NCBI GenBank assembly: GCA_002104945.1
Contig: MCFH01000005.1
Location: forward strand, 372,001 to 436,000
Direction: 5' to 3'
Length of the DNA: 64,000 bases
DNA from: Piromyces finnis finn
Taxonomy: Eukaryota > Fungi > Neocallimastigomycota
In this document: in pieces, positions 1-13,714 of the stretch
Numbering within the stretch: position 1 is the stretch's first letter
Layout of the letters: each line of letters begins with the position of its first letter
The notes under the pieces: generated by a model
The model's database searches: none
Seen by the model: the letters and a program-made list of their open reading frames with translations, nothing else
What the model was told of the DNA's origin: nothing
Program-made: the position numbers and the translations under genes

Positions 1-553
1 AAATTTTTTTTAATTTATTTTTTATTTAATTAATTTTTATTTTTTTTAAATCCACATTTAAAAAAAAAAGATATAAAATAAACTATATAAAAATAAAGAA
101 ATTGATTTAAACTCTCTGAATAACATCTGAATAATATAATAATTAAAATAAAATAATAAAATAATATGATAGAAAGGGTAATTAACTATAAAATGAAGTC
201 CAATACATATTAATTTTTTTTGTATTTATTATTTATTTGTTCATTATGAATTATTAATATTTAATAAAAGTAGCTAAGCAAAATATTAAAACGAATAGAA
301 AATGTATAATAAAATAGGTGAATGATTCCTTAGACTATTAAATTTAATTTTTAATTATTTATTTATTTATATAATTAAAAATACAAAAACAGTAACTTGT
401 TATTTTTAAAAAAGTGTATTTATTTAATAAAAATAAAATATAAATACATAAAATATAATAAAATATGAATATTACTTATAAAAGCAAAAATATGTAAATT
501 TTTAAATAATAACACATATTATAATTTTTATTTTGTTATATACAATATTGAAG

Positions 554-3493
554 GCCCATGAATTAGTAAGAAAAGCAAAAGAAAATGTAAGAAAAGGAAA
601 TATACAAGAAGCTGCTAATTTATATTCCGATGCTGCTGGTAAAAAAAAAAAACATAATATATACTATAATGTAAAAATTAATTATTAAGTTTTGTTTTTT
701 CAGAAATTTACCAAAACATGTATAAACAGACAAATAATGAAGAGGTATATTTTTAAATAACTATTATGACTAACAATTTTTCAAAAAATTAACAATAGAA
801 ATATTACTAATTAATCGTTTGAAATGTTATATAATAAAAAGGCTATAAAAACTATTCAGCAATTATATGTTCAAACAGATAAAGAAGCTAAAAGAATAAT
901 GAAATTAATTATTGATAAGCAAAATAAAGATATAAATCAGCAACAACAAAGCAATAATAGTACGCCATTACTATCTACAACAAATATTCCTGTTCCTCAA
1001 ATATATTCCATAAAAAATCAAAGCGATAAATATAGGTATGATACTTCACAAAAAACTAATATAGATAACACTTTTACACAATCTTCATACTTGAATAATG
1101 CTCAAAATTTACTAAACAGTCCAGTAAATACAAAAACAACTATTTCAAATACAAATAATTTTTCATACCAAAATCATGGATCTATTAATCAAATTAATTC
1201 ATCTTTTAATAACTATAATCTTACTAACCCAAAAAACGCACATTCTAATGGAAATAATAATACAACATTAACTTCTTCTAATCCTTCTAATACTGGAATT
1301 AATTATAATCAACCTATGTCTTCTAATAAAAATCAGGAATTAAACTCTGTTCGACAAAATGTTTTATATAAATCCAACAGACCTAAGCCAACATTAGATA
1401 CTCGTAATGTAGTTAGTAGAAACTACTTTATTGGTCAAGCAATTACGAATAGTGCTATTCTTCTTCCACAAAATAACTATCAAGGTATATTAATATTAAA
1501 TTCTTTAAAAATATACATTAAATAATAATAGGGATTTGATACCATCATAAAATTAAATTAATAATAAATAATAATAATATTTAAAAGACAATACAAAAAC
1601 TGTCACAACAAATTATAGAAATCAGGAACCAGCTGTTATACCTGTAACGTCTTTAAATTCCAGTACAGTTGACGAAAATACTTCATCTCATTTTATTGAT
1701 CAATCTTATTTCGTATTAAAAGAAACTAAGGTTAATTATATTCTAATATTACTATATTAAACAAATAAAAAATTATTTTATCTAAATATATATATATACT
1801 TTCAAAAATTTTAAAATTATATATAAAAATTATAGAAAGATGAAGCTGAAAAAGCATTTATAAAATTTTGGGATGTAATAGATAATCTTGTTCAAAATAA
1901 AGTTTCTATGCCAGTAGCATTATTATCAGTACCATTATCAAAAGACGATAATATAGTAAATCCGATTAAAAATGATTTGTCTACCACTTCAATACCCTCA
2001 TCATCTAAGTCCTCTAATAGAAACTCTTTAACAACAAATAATGAAACTGGTAAACATATAATTTATTATAATATAATATAATTTAAATTACTCTATCTAA
2101 TTTTAAATATTTAAATTCAAATTTATTTTAATCTTAATATTAATAATATAATTGCTATGTTAATGTATATTAATACATTATTAAAAAATTTTAATTTCAG
2201 TAAAAAAATTAGATCAAAAATCAAAAAATGAAACATATTGTAATGACTTTGAAATTATAGATCAAAAATATATACAAGAAGCAAAAAAGGATATTAATTT
2301 TTCTGAATTTGATTATTTAGTCATTCCCCAGAAAGAACAACCTACTAAAACTCTGGAAGAATATCAATTAGAAAATTCAAACTTAAAAGAAACTTTAAAC
2401 CAAATATCAAATAATTACTTGTTATTACCAAATACTGATGAATTTAAGTTAGCTCTTCGCAAAGCTAAAGAATATGTTAAATATAATGAATATCTACGAT
2501 CGTCAATTGTAGCAGGAAGTGAAAATGGTAAAATATAAAAAAAGATTGTATATAGAATTTAGTTCATATTATTAATATATATCAGAATTTAAAATTAAAA
2601 AAAAATATTATAAATAAAATTATAATAATGGTTAGAATTAGAAGAACTTAAAAAGAGGGTTGCTTTTTTAGAAGAGAATACCTTGGTTAAGCAAATTATG
2701 CAACTTGAGGAAGAAAATAAAATGTTAAAATTTGAAAATGATAAACTAGTAAATATATATTAAAAGATACTTTAAAAATTAAAACCCAATTTTAATAAAA
2801 TAAAAATTTATAATTAGTATTTAATATGCTATTTCTATTTAATATAATTATCTACAGAAAAAAGAAAATATTAAGTATAAAAATCAATGGGAAAAATTTG
2901 TAGCAATTGCTGAATCAAAAAAGAAAAAGAAATTTAAAGAAGAAGAAGAATCAATAATAAAAACAGAGAATATGATAAATGAAAACGAGGATAATAACAG
3001 TAATATTAAAAGTCCTCATCTATTTAGTAAGTCCAAAAAGGATAATATTCATTCACCTAAATATAGTAGCAATGATATAAGCCTCTATTCTTCCAATCCA
3101 CCATCACAATTATTTGAAAATCTTGAAAATAATACTGGTAATAAAATTACTAAGCAAGAAAAAAAAGACTTGACAGAATCACAAATAGAAATTAAAGATA
3201 AAGAAAATCAAAAATATACAAACCTAGTAAACGATGAATTTCAGCAAAATCAACTTTACTTCTCTTCTCCTACCCCAGAATTTGATATTCTACAACACAT
3301 GAAAAACCAAGAAGAAATTATTTCTCAATCTCACCAAATATATTCATCTATGATCAATGAGCCAACAAATAATATTAGCAATTCCCATCAATCCACACTG
3401 CCAGAAATTCAATATACAAAAGAAAATAGAAATACAGATAATGAAAATAATAACATAATAAAAAATGGTATTAATGAAAACCAAAAAAGTTAA
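554..3493 (+). CDS. Atg38/NRBF2-like protein (N-terminal MIT-like domain, C-terminal coiled coil), multi-exon; start codon unresolved
   Basis: Exons ~554-638, 704-744, 842-1484, 1588-1730, 1836-2049, 2201-2527, 2636-2748, 2858-3493 join in frame. N-terminus AHELVRKAKENVRKGNIQEAANLYSDAAEIYQNMYKQTNNEEAIKTIQQL resembles the NRBF2/Atg38 MIT domain. Later motifs FWDVIDNLVQNKVSMPVALLSVPL and KTLEEYQLENSNLKETL resemble fungal Atg38-like proteins (from memory). The first exon lies upstream, possibly ATGATAGAAAGG|gt at 166. Confidence 0.7.
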
Positions 3494-3744
3494 TATTAAT
3501 GGAAATATGGAAATAATGATTTAAGTTTTTTTAATATTTTAATCATACACTAAAAATAAAAAGAAAAGTAAATATATTTACATTTTGATTAAAAAATTTA
3601 TAATAAATGTTAATGGTTGTTTATTTATATTATAAAAAATAGAATAAATAGTAATATATTATAATAAAATTATTACTAAAAATTTACACAAAGAATTAAT
3701 TAAAAATAAATCAATAGAAATGCTAATAATGTGTTTTTTTTTTT

Positions 3745-4112
3745 TATTTATTTATTTTATTTTATTTTATTTTATTTTATTTTATTTTATTTTATTTTAT
3801 TTATTTTATTTTATTTTATTTATTTTATTTTATTTTATTTTATTTTATTTTATTTTATTTTATTTTATTTTATTTTATTTTATTTTATTTTATTTTATTT
3901 TATTTTATTTTATTTTATTTTATTTTATTTTATTTTATTTTATTTTATTTTATTTTATTTTATTTTATTTTATTTTATTTTATTTTATTTTATTTTATTT
4001 TATTTTATTTTATTTTATTTTATTTTATTTTATTTTATTTTATTTTATTTTATTTTATTTTATTTTATTTTATTTTATTTTATTTTATTTATTTTATTTT
4101 ATTTTATTTTAT
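3745..4112. repeat. (TTTAT)n pentanucleotide microsatellite
   Basis: About 70 near-perfect TTTAT units. They explain the spurious FILFY ORFs at 3720 and 3731. Confidence 0.97.
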
Positions 4113-4340
4113 TAAATTTTATTAATATTTTTTTTTTATTTATTTTTATTTTTTTTTTTTTTTTTTATTTTATTTCATTTATATATTTCATTTATTTTTT
4201 TATTTGATATGATTCATTAATAGATTAAATTTTATTAATATTTTTTTTTTATTTATTTTTATTTTTTTTTTTTTTTTTTTTTATTTTATTTCATTTATAT
4301 ATTTCATTTATTTTTTTATTTGATATGATTCATTAATAGA
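4111..4340. repeat. Tandem duplication of a ~115-bp T-rich unit
   Basis: attaaattttattaata...tttgatatgattcattaatag occurs twice (4111-4223 and 4224-4339), differing mainly in poly-T length. Confidence 0.85.
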
Positions 4341-4752
4341 TTTTTTTTTTTTTTTTTACATTGTTTTGCATGATTTCAAAAATGTATTTAAAATATTGAT
4401 ATTATTTTAATTATATTAAAAATCAATACTAAAGTAATAATATTACATATTACTTAATTTAGTATTTATATAATCATTAACCTTTTTTTAATAAGTGAAA
4501 TTTAATATTATATTATCTCATATTACTAATTTTTTTTCTGTTATATTATTAAAGAAATAATAATACCTATTAGTAATTTTAAGTGAATAATATTATAAGA
4601 GCCTTTTTTACTATATTAATTTAGAACTGCTTTATAAATAGAATATATCAAATAATAGATATTTCATACTCTTTCAATTTCACTTAATTATTTAAACATA
4701 TTTTTACATTATTAAAATATAATAATTGATTTTGAATATGTAACCAAAAAAA

Positions 4753-5854
4753 TTAATAAGTGGATAATATATATATTAAAACAGCCAAAATACCAATACA
4801 TGTCAATCCATATACGATATATCTTGTTTTACTTTCATTAACTTGTTGCTCTTTTTTAATAACTAAACTCTCATTAATTGATCTTGATATTGGTTTTTGC
4901 TTTGATGAAGATTTATTTCTTTCACGTATAGTATAGATATCATTATCTTCACTTAATAGTTTTTTAATATCTTCAAGTTGTTTCATTCTTAACTTCTGTT
5001 CTTCTTGTTCTTTCTTTAATCTTTCTTCTTCTGCCAATCTTATTCTTTCTTGTTCTTCTTGTTCTTTCTTTAATCTTTCTTCTTCTGCCAATCTTATTCT
5101 TTCTTGTTCTTCTTGTTCTTTCTTTAATCTTTCTTCTTCTGCCAATCTTATTCTTTCTTGCTCTTCTTGTTCTTTCTTTAATCTTTCTTCTTCTGCCAAT
5201 CTTATTCTTTCTTGTTCTTCTTGTTCTTTCTTTAATCTTTCTTCTTCTGCCAATCTTATTCTTTCTTGTTCTTCTTGTTTATTAATTTGAATTAAGTCTT
5301 CTTCAGCTGCTGCTGCAACTATCTCTGTAACCTTTCATATTTTATTAAAATTAATAAGTTAAAAAAAAAATAAATTTTATAATGCTTTATCATTAACTTA
5401 AAAAAATATTATTTGCATATTAATATTTATAGCTTTTCTCATTAAGTATTATTATGTTAAACAAATGAATATATAATGTATTAAATATCTTATTAATCTA
5501 CTACAAAAAAAAAAAAAAAGATAAAATAAAACATAAATTTTAAACAATATATTTCAAGTACTTATATATTTTAATAAAATAATTGATAATTACTTCAACT
5601 GGGATATTAAAGCAATTATTTTGGTTACCCATACCATCATCTTCTATTGGCATGGAATTGTCGATAACCCAATTACCATCAACAACAAATTTATATATAA
5701 TTTTTTCTTTATTCGATGGTAATGGAATTACTTTCTTAAAAGTACCATCTGGTTGTTTTTCTAATTCATTAGTTTTTTGCCAATTATCGAAATTACCAGT
5801 AACGTATACTTTTCCAGCATGTGGATTTTTCCATTCAAATTGATAGTCAAACAT
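4753..5854 (-). CDS. Glycogen-recognition (CBM48/AMPK1_CBM) protein with E/R/K-rich repeat spacer and C-terminal transmembrane tail anchor, ~279 aa, 2 exons
   Basis: Exon 1 (5854-5594): FEWKNPHAGKVYVTGNFDNW...YKFVVDGNW..D..GNQNN is the AMPK-beta-type glycogen-binding motif. Intron GTAATT...GAAAG. Exon 2 (5331-4753) carries 18-aa repeats and ends YIVYGLTCIGILAVLIYILSTY*. Confidence 0.85.
4997..5280 (-). repeat. Coding tandem repeat, 54-bp unit (AEEERLKKEQEEQERIRL), about 5 copies
   Basis: Four full near-identical units plus partial units are visible in both DNA and translation. Confidence 0.95.
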
Positions 5855-8006
5855 TGTTGTTATTATATTTTATTTATTTTCTTTTTGTATTTTAATTATT
5901 ACCATTTGTATAAGAAAAATAATTAATAACCATAAATATACAATACCAATAATTAATATTTATAGGTATTAATATATGATATATATAATATAAATGTATC
6001 TCAATAATGATTTAATTATATACCTTTTATCAAATAATTATTAGTTTAAAAGATGTTTACAATGTTTATATACTATATACAAATTAAAAGTATTTTTATT
6101 TTATATAATAATTAATTATATTTATAATTATACTATAAAAAAACTTTTATTGTATTTAATAATTCAATTTGTAATTTTGAAAAAAAAAAAGAAAGTGAAG
6201 AGAAAAATATTTTATAATTTTTTCTTTTTTTTTTAAATGAATTAAATGAATTATTTGATAATTTAATTAAATTTTAATTTATTGTAACTACATTAAAAAA
6301 AAAAATAGTTTAATTACTATATAAATAATGATAAACTTATAGCTTTTATATAAAAATAAAAATAAAAAAAAAAAAAATTAAATTACACATTAACATTAAA
6401 TCTCAAGAAATAATATAAACCAACTTTATAGAAATTATCACTCTATATAATACTAACAATAAATAATTAACAATAACTATTTCATTTGTTTAAAAAAAAA
6501 AAAAAGAATAACTGTTTTTTTTTTAAACTTTAATTATAATTATTTTAAAAAAAATATTTTTTAGTTAATTTAAATAAATAAATAAAAAAAAAAAAAAAAA
6601 AAAAGGAATATTAAAATTTTTTAATTAATTACTTATACACTCAAAAAAAAAAAAAGTAGAAATAATAACTGACAATAATAATATTAATTATAATTTTGAA
6701 AATATTAAATTATTGTAATATAAACAATAAACTAACATATAATATACATTAATATTATATCTTAAAAATATAATAATGAACAACTTGTATTTTAATATTA
6801 TAAATTTTGACTTTTAAAATTATTGTAACTAATAATATTTCTATATTTATTAAAATATAATAATAATAAAAATAATATAACACATTACTTTATCAAAAAT
6901 CTATAAAAATAATAATATATACTTTTTTTAGAGTTTAATTTATCATTAAATTATTATATTCTTAAACACTTTTTTTTTTTTTTTAATTTACATCCTATAA
7001 ATTCTGTATTAAAAAAATATTAAATTAATGTAGAATATAGAAATTTATTATTCTTTTTTTAATTATTTAATAGTGTAATATTATTGTTTTAATTAAAAAA
7101 AAAAAAAAAAAAAGGTATACACTTAAAATTATTAGTATACATTTGTATTTAATTGGTATTGTAAATACAAATTGAAGAAAATATTTCCTAAGAAATCAAC
7201 TAAATAATTCTCACAAATATTTATTAATAATACAATTATGAATTTATGGATTTAAGTAGAACTTTTATATTACTTAAATAAAAAACAATGTATAACTTGA
7301 AAATATCAATTTATTCAAAAATAGATACAAATATTTATAAATACATAAAACTTACACATCAACATATTAAATATCATATAATCTCAATATTTGAATTATC
7401 AATAAAAATTTTAGTCAATTAAATGTAATAGGTTTTACAATAGAGAACTTCAATAATAATTATAAAAGTTTTTAATGATATATGTATATCATAAAAAAAC
7501 TTTTATTCCAGCCGAACCTAAGGATAAAAATCAACTAATTGAACTGTCAAACAATTTTATATTTATTCTTTTTTTTTAAAAAAATAATTTTACTCTTATA
7601 AACTACAATTATTCCTCTCACCGTATATAAGGAATATATTTTCTAAATAATTTTTAAAAATTATAATTTATAACTATTTTTACAAAATCATCATATTAAA
7701 CCTAATTATTATAAATTATTTTTCATAATTTTAATTTTTTTTATCTATTTATTTTATATTTATATTTATTTATTAAAATATGTATTTATTATTAGATTTA
7801 TATATTAGATTTATATTTTTCTTTATGTTTTTTAATATATAATATAATATTATAATATTTAATGTTTATTCGTATTAATTATAAAAACTAAATAAATATT
7901 AATTGAAATAATTAAATAAACTATTTAATTATTCTTATTATTGTTTTCATCTTGATTTTATCTTCGTATTATACTTCTTAAAACTTAAATTATTAGATTT
8001 TAGATT

Positions 8007-10139
8007 TCAAGAAGAAGTAATAATTAAATCTTCATCTTCTTCAACTTCAAATACTTTTACTTCATCATAAATAGATTGATTGAAACTATTATTAGATTCA
8101 TAACATGAATCACTTTCTTGGCTGAAGATGTTTTGTGGTGGATTTTTTAAAAAATCACGATTCAATTCATCTTTCCCTGGTAATTCTTTTTTAAACTTCT
8201 TTTTCTTATATGATGAAGGTAAAATATTTTTACCATCAATTGATTTTTCTTTATTTTCATCATTTGATGAATTAGTATAAGTTTTACTAGTATCTGTTAA
8301 TGATTGAGAATTATTTACTAAAGAAGAAGTAGATGATTCTGGTGTAATTTTAGTTTTTGGATATGAAATTGAACTCTTTTTAATTTGAACACTTTCCTTT
8401 GGTGGTACGCTTATTATTTTTGCTTTAGTTGATGAAGCTTTAGAAGCTGTATCATTCATTGGATAATTGGAAAGTGTATCATCACTTTCAGCTTCCATAT
8501 CCATAGCATGTACCATTTGATCAATAAGTACACTTTTAGCACTACGGCTTTCACTAACAACAGAACTTTTACGATTTCCCATCATTGGACTACCATTACC
8601 ATTTTTTGGAGAATAAAGTCCTGGACTTCTCTTTCCAATATTTTCTATATAAGAATTACGTTTACTTCTAGTTATATCAATAGAATGGCTTCTCCTCTTC
8701 ATTCTTGGGTCCATTCTCACTTGTGAATATCCATTTATTATACTCTTTTGTGAAATAGGACTAACAGGTGAAATTGGACTAACAGGACTAATAGGTGCTA
8801 TTGGAGTAACAGGTGTTGTTGGCATCATTGGTGATACCGTATTATATTTCATTTGACCACTATAACCACTATTAAATGTTAGATCACCATCATATGCAAT
8901 TTTATTTAAACTTACTGAAGAATTAAAGTTTCTATTTCTTGATAAAGAACTATTTCCTTGTATCATTGACATAGTTGAATTTGGCGATGATATTTGATTA
9001 TTATAAGAAGCACCTGCCATTGTACTAAGACCACCGCTTGTATCATATAAAAGACTTTGTGGTCTTCCTGTCATTACTACTGCATCATCTGTATCATATG
9101 GTTCAAGAGTTCTTGAATATAATCCATCAAGTCCGTTTCTTGTTATGTTAAACCTTGATGGGGTAGAATATGGACCTCCTAAGTTCTTATTCATTAATAC
9201 CTGACTTGGTTGCATATATCCAACATTTGATGATATATATCCTACATTAGTAGGATAACCTGTATTAGTTGAATATCCTTGATATCCACTGTATTCTAAT
9301 TCAGTAATATAATTTATTGCTTCATCATAATTAGAGGTATCAGATGTTGTGGATTTCATTGATATAGACTCAGTATGTAATGGTGTTTTTTTAATAGACC
9401 CATTAATAGAACAAACATCTCTTTTATCTTCAATAAATCCAGAAGGAGTCACAGTAGTCAATGGCATTTTATTTGATGCTTCTAAGCTTTGCATATCCTT
9501 AACATGTTCTAAATGCTTAATTTTACCATTAACTGATCTTTTATTTTTAATAATGATAATTACTAATATAATAATAACTAATAATACAACAGCTGAGAAA
9601 ATAATTAAATAGGTAAACATATTTTGATTTATTTTAATTTCATTTTCTCTAGCATTTTCTGCAATTATATGTCCAAAAGCATCCAATTGAGGACTAACCT
9701 TTTCCCCATAATTATCTACTTGTGGTGTAACCAATTCACCATTTTCTTTATATTTTGGGCGAAATATTTTTCCTTTAGAATCAATTTGCATTGGTAGAAC
9801 TTGACCATCTGGTCCTAATGGTGGTGGTAATGGGTTTCCGTTTGCATCTAGCTCTTGTTCAACTGGTTGTCCATTAGGACCTATATGTGGTGGTGGTGGT
9901 GGTGGTGGCATTCCATTAAATTGATTATACTGGCCATAATTATGATTTATATTATTTGTTGGAGTACTTTTTTCAATAGTTGTAGTTTTGTCTGTTGTTT
10001 TAGTAACTGACGTAGTTGTTCTTGTGGAAGTAGTAGTAGTTGTTGAATGACTAGTGGTTGTTTCCTCTGCTTGAATTACATTGTTTATACACAATATTAG
10101 TATACAATATATAAAAAAACGTTTCATTGAAAAGTACAT
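8007..10139 (-). CDS. Intronless type I single-pass membrane protein, 710 aa (cell-surface sensor-like architecture)
   Basis: Signal peptide (aa ~1-24), Thr/Ser-rich stalk, poly-Pro, 11-aa repeats, strong TM helix (aa ~175-197) followed by KNKR, and a long Ser/Pro-rich cytoplasmic tail. No recognisable catalytic domain. Confidence 0.85.
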   Translation of the reverse strand: MYFSMKRFFIYCILILCINNVIQAEETTTSHSTTTTTSTRTTTSVTKTTDKTTTIEKSTPTNNINHNYGQYNQFNGMPPPPPPPHIGPNGQPVEQELDANGNPLPPPLGPDGQVLPMQIDSKGKIFRPKYKENGELVTPQVDNYGEKVSPQLDAFGHIIAENARENEIKINQNMFTYLIIFSAVVLLVIIILVIIIIKNKRSVNGKIKHLEHVKDMQSLEASNKMPLTTVTPSGFIEDKRDVCSINGSIKKTPLHTESISMKSTTSDTSNYDEAINYITELEYSGYQGYSTNTGYPTNVGYISSNVGYMQPSQVLMNKNLGGPYSTPSRFNITRNGLDGLYSRTLEPYDTDDAVVMTGRPQSLLYDTSGGLSTMAGASYNNQISSPNSTMSMIQGNSSLSRNRNFNSSVSLNKIAYDGDLTFNSGYSGQMKYNTVSPMMPTTPVTPIAPISPVSPISPVSPISQKSIINGYSQVRMDPRMKRRSHSIDITRSKRNSYIENIGKRSPGLYSPKNGNGSPMMGNRKSSVVSESRSAKSVLIDQMVHAMDMEAESDDTLSNYPMNDTASKASSTKAKIISVPPKESVQIKKSSISYPKTKITPESSTSSLVNNSQSLTDTSKTYTNSSNDENKEKSIDGKNILPSSYKKKKFKKELPGKDELNRDFLKNPPQNIFSQESDSCYESNNSFNQSIYDEVKVFEVEEDEDLIITSS

Positions 10140-11924
10140 TTTTATATAATTATATCAAAAAAAAATTTTAACCTAAATATATAAAAGTAAAAAAATATAT
10201 AAATTACTATTCTTACTTATTCTTAAATAAATAATTTAAATTATTTATTTTATTTTTACCTTTATGTATATTATTAAATTATTAAATAGTTTATTTTTTT
10301 TATTTATTTATTTATTTATTTCTGTTATTATTTTTACTTTAAAAAAGTTTTCTATATATTATTATGCTAAATATGAATATAAATATACTTTCTTTTTATA
10401 TTTATTGCTATTTGTTTATTTTGCTTTATTTTGCTTTTGTTTTGTTTTATTTTCAATAAAAAAACAGTTTAAATTTATATTTATTCAAATTTTCATTATT
10501 TTTATTTTTGATTATCAAAAATATTGTGATAATTATGATTTTACAAAAAATTTGATAAAAAATGTGTATATTTATGACTTTTAATAATGTTTTTAAACAA
10601 TATAATATTTAAACTTAAATTAACTTTTATAAATATTAAACTAGCTTGTTAATAAGCAAAATTTATTTAAGTGATATTATAAATATGTATTAATATTTCA
10701 TGTTTTATATTTTATATTTACAATAAATAAATAATTTAATATTTCTTAAGTTATTTCTTTTTTATTATTTTCTTTTTTTTTTATTTTTATTAAAAAAAAT
10801 AATAAAGAAAAAAAATTATTTATTGATTCTCTTTATATTTCTTTCAAATAATCTTTTAATTTTATTTTCTTTTTTTCTTTTTTTTTTTTTTTTTTTTTTT
10901 GGAAAAAAAAAAAAAGAAAAAAAGAAACTTTTTTTTAATTTATATATATTTTTTTTTGTATTATAAAAATTTTAATTATATCCTTTTTAAAAAAAATTAG
11001 TTATAATTTAAGATTTATAAATATATATAGGAATGTATAATAATATATACTTACATTGAAACCAATATATTTTGATATTTAGTATTTTAATAATAAATCA
11101 CTGATTTACTGAATTTTTTTTTTATTATTATTGTTAGTCTTTTAAGTTTTTTATTTAAAAAAAGTATCCATTGCATAATTAATTTTGATATTTTTTAATT
11201 ATGTTTTATTAATTATTAATTAAAATTCTCTTATTATGTAACTCTATTATTATTTTTATTTGAAGGCTATTTTGTTTGGTTATATAATGTTTAAAACTTT
11301 AAATATTATTAAAAAGCATAAATAGTAAAAAGTATTTTAATTAACTTATTATGGTATGTTTAATTAAAAAAATAAAATCATTTTTAATTTAATTATATAT
11401 ATTAAAATATACTCATCATATAATATATCAAAAAATAATATTTAAGATTATTTAATATAAAATATCACAATTATTGATGTAGGTAGTAATGGTATATAAT
11501 TAATAATAGACCAATTATATATCATTAATCTATCAATTCATTTAGTGTAATGTAATGTTATTAAAAAAAAAGTAATAAATATTTTAAATATATTAATTTT
11601 TATATTTACCTTAATTCTTAATTATATATTATAATATTAATTTTTTTATTGATATTGCAGTTTATACTGAGTATATTGATAACATATATTAATTTTATTT
11701 ATCAATATAACAGTAATATGATGGATGTTTATTATATATTATTTTATTATTTTATTATTTCTTACAGATTAATTATATTAATACAATAGACTTTGAGGAA
11801 ATTAATATATATAATAGTATATTCTAAAACAATTTAATTTAATATTATAATATTATTTCAAATAAATTAAGTTTTATAGAAACTTTATTTTTGATACATA
11901 TTTTTATTAAAAGTAATATAATGC

Positions 11925-11991
11925 TAGAATGTATTTTTTATATTTTGTAATTATATTTCCTTTAATATAAAATATAAAAAAATACATTCTA
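11925..11991. repeat. Inverted repeat, ~22-bp arms, 22-nt spacer
   Basis: tagaatgtattttttatatttt ... aaaatataaaaaaatacattcta, with a one-base homopolymer difference. Confidence 0.7.
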
Positions 11992-12553
11992 ACGTAATTA
12001 AAATTTTGAGTTAGACTATCTTTATACATACTCTATCTTTATTTTAAAATATAAAAAAATTTTTTTGTAAGATTAAACAAAAATAAACTATAGTTTCAAA
12101 AGCATATTAAATCACTTTTGTATAAAATTGTAATTTATTATAATAGATATTTTTAAATTTATATAAAGTATCCCTTTTAATTCTAATGGTTAATACAATA
12201 TTTAAATAAAAAAGGAAATCAAATTTATATCCAAAACATAGATTAAACAGCCGCTAATTACTAATTTTCTAAACACAGATTGTTTAAAATTAAAAAAAAA
12301 AAAAAAAAGTTATTTTTAGTATTTATATTAAATATTTAATTTAAAAAAAAAAGGATATAAATAATATTAAAAATTCCTTTAAAAATAAGTGGGATTTCAT
12401 TTTCTATATAATAATAATGATTTCTTATATACAGTTTTGTGTAATTAATATTAGTATTTATAAATATAAAATGATTTATATAACCAATAAATTTCCAAAC
12501 TTTAATAAGATTCTCACTCTTGTCTTCTAAACCATTTTAATATATTATACCTA

Positions 12554-12575
12554 ATTTATTTATTTATTTATTTGT

Positions 12576-12646
<71 letters not shown>

Positions 12647-12651
12647 TTAAT

Positions 12652-12702
<51 letters not shown>

Positions 12703-12703
12703 T
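12554..12703. repeat. (ATTT)n microsatellite
   Basis: Direct reading; about 37 units with few interruptions. Confidence 0.95.
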
Positions 12704-13397
12704 TATTAATTACATTGTAAAAACTCCCTTTTGATATTCAAATTTATGTAAAATATCTTTATTAAGAAAAATTTATGAATAATTTTCAGAATATTCTATA
12801 AAAAGTCTATAAATAATTAATAATAGAGACTATTATTAAAATATAATTATAGTTTTTTTTTTAATGTTAGCATTATTATAATTAAATTAAAAGGCATCCT
12901 GTATAGGCATAAAAATAATAATTACCAGTAATATATAATAAATATTGACCTGCTTTTAGTTAATAATAACTATAAAATTTTATTCTCATTTTTAACTTTT
13001 ATTAATGATACTACCCGAAAAAAAAAATTAAATTTATTTGGTAAAAATAATTAATATAAAAACAAATATTTATATTATTTTTTAATATTATAACTTCATA
13101 ATAATATTAATTATGGAAAGTGTTGTTACACAAATATCACATTAAATATTTTTTTTAACATAATCTTCCTTTTAATTTTAATACCAAACTTTAAATATTA
13201 TATTAATGTAAATATTGTTTTTTTTTTTAAATTATAATATTTAATATTTGTTTTTAAACATATTTAAGAATATGATGAATGAAATATTATATATGAATAA
13301 TATAATTATTGAATTACATTAAAACATGTATTATAGATATTATTATTAATACTATAATTGAAATAAAATTATAAGCCATTATTACTTTAAATCCAGA

Positions 13398-13714
<317 letters not shown>

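Noticed and set aside
3720-4207. ORFs 3720..4115 and 3731..4207 (FILFY repeats)
   Set aside because: Translations of the (TTTAT)n microsatellite.
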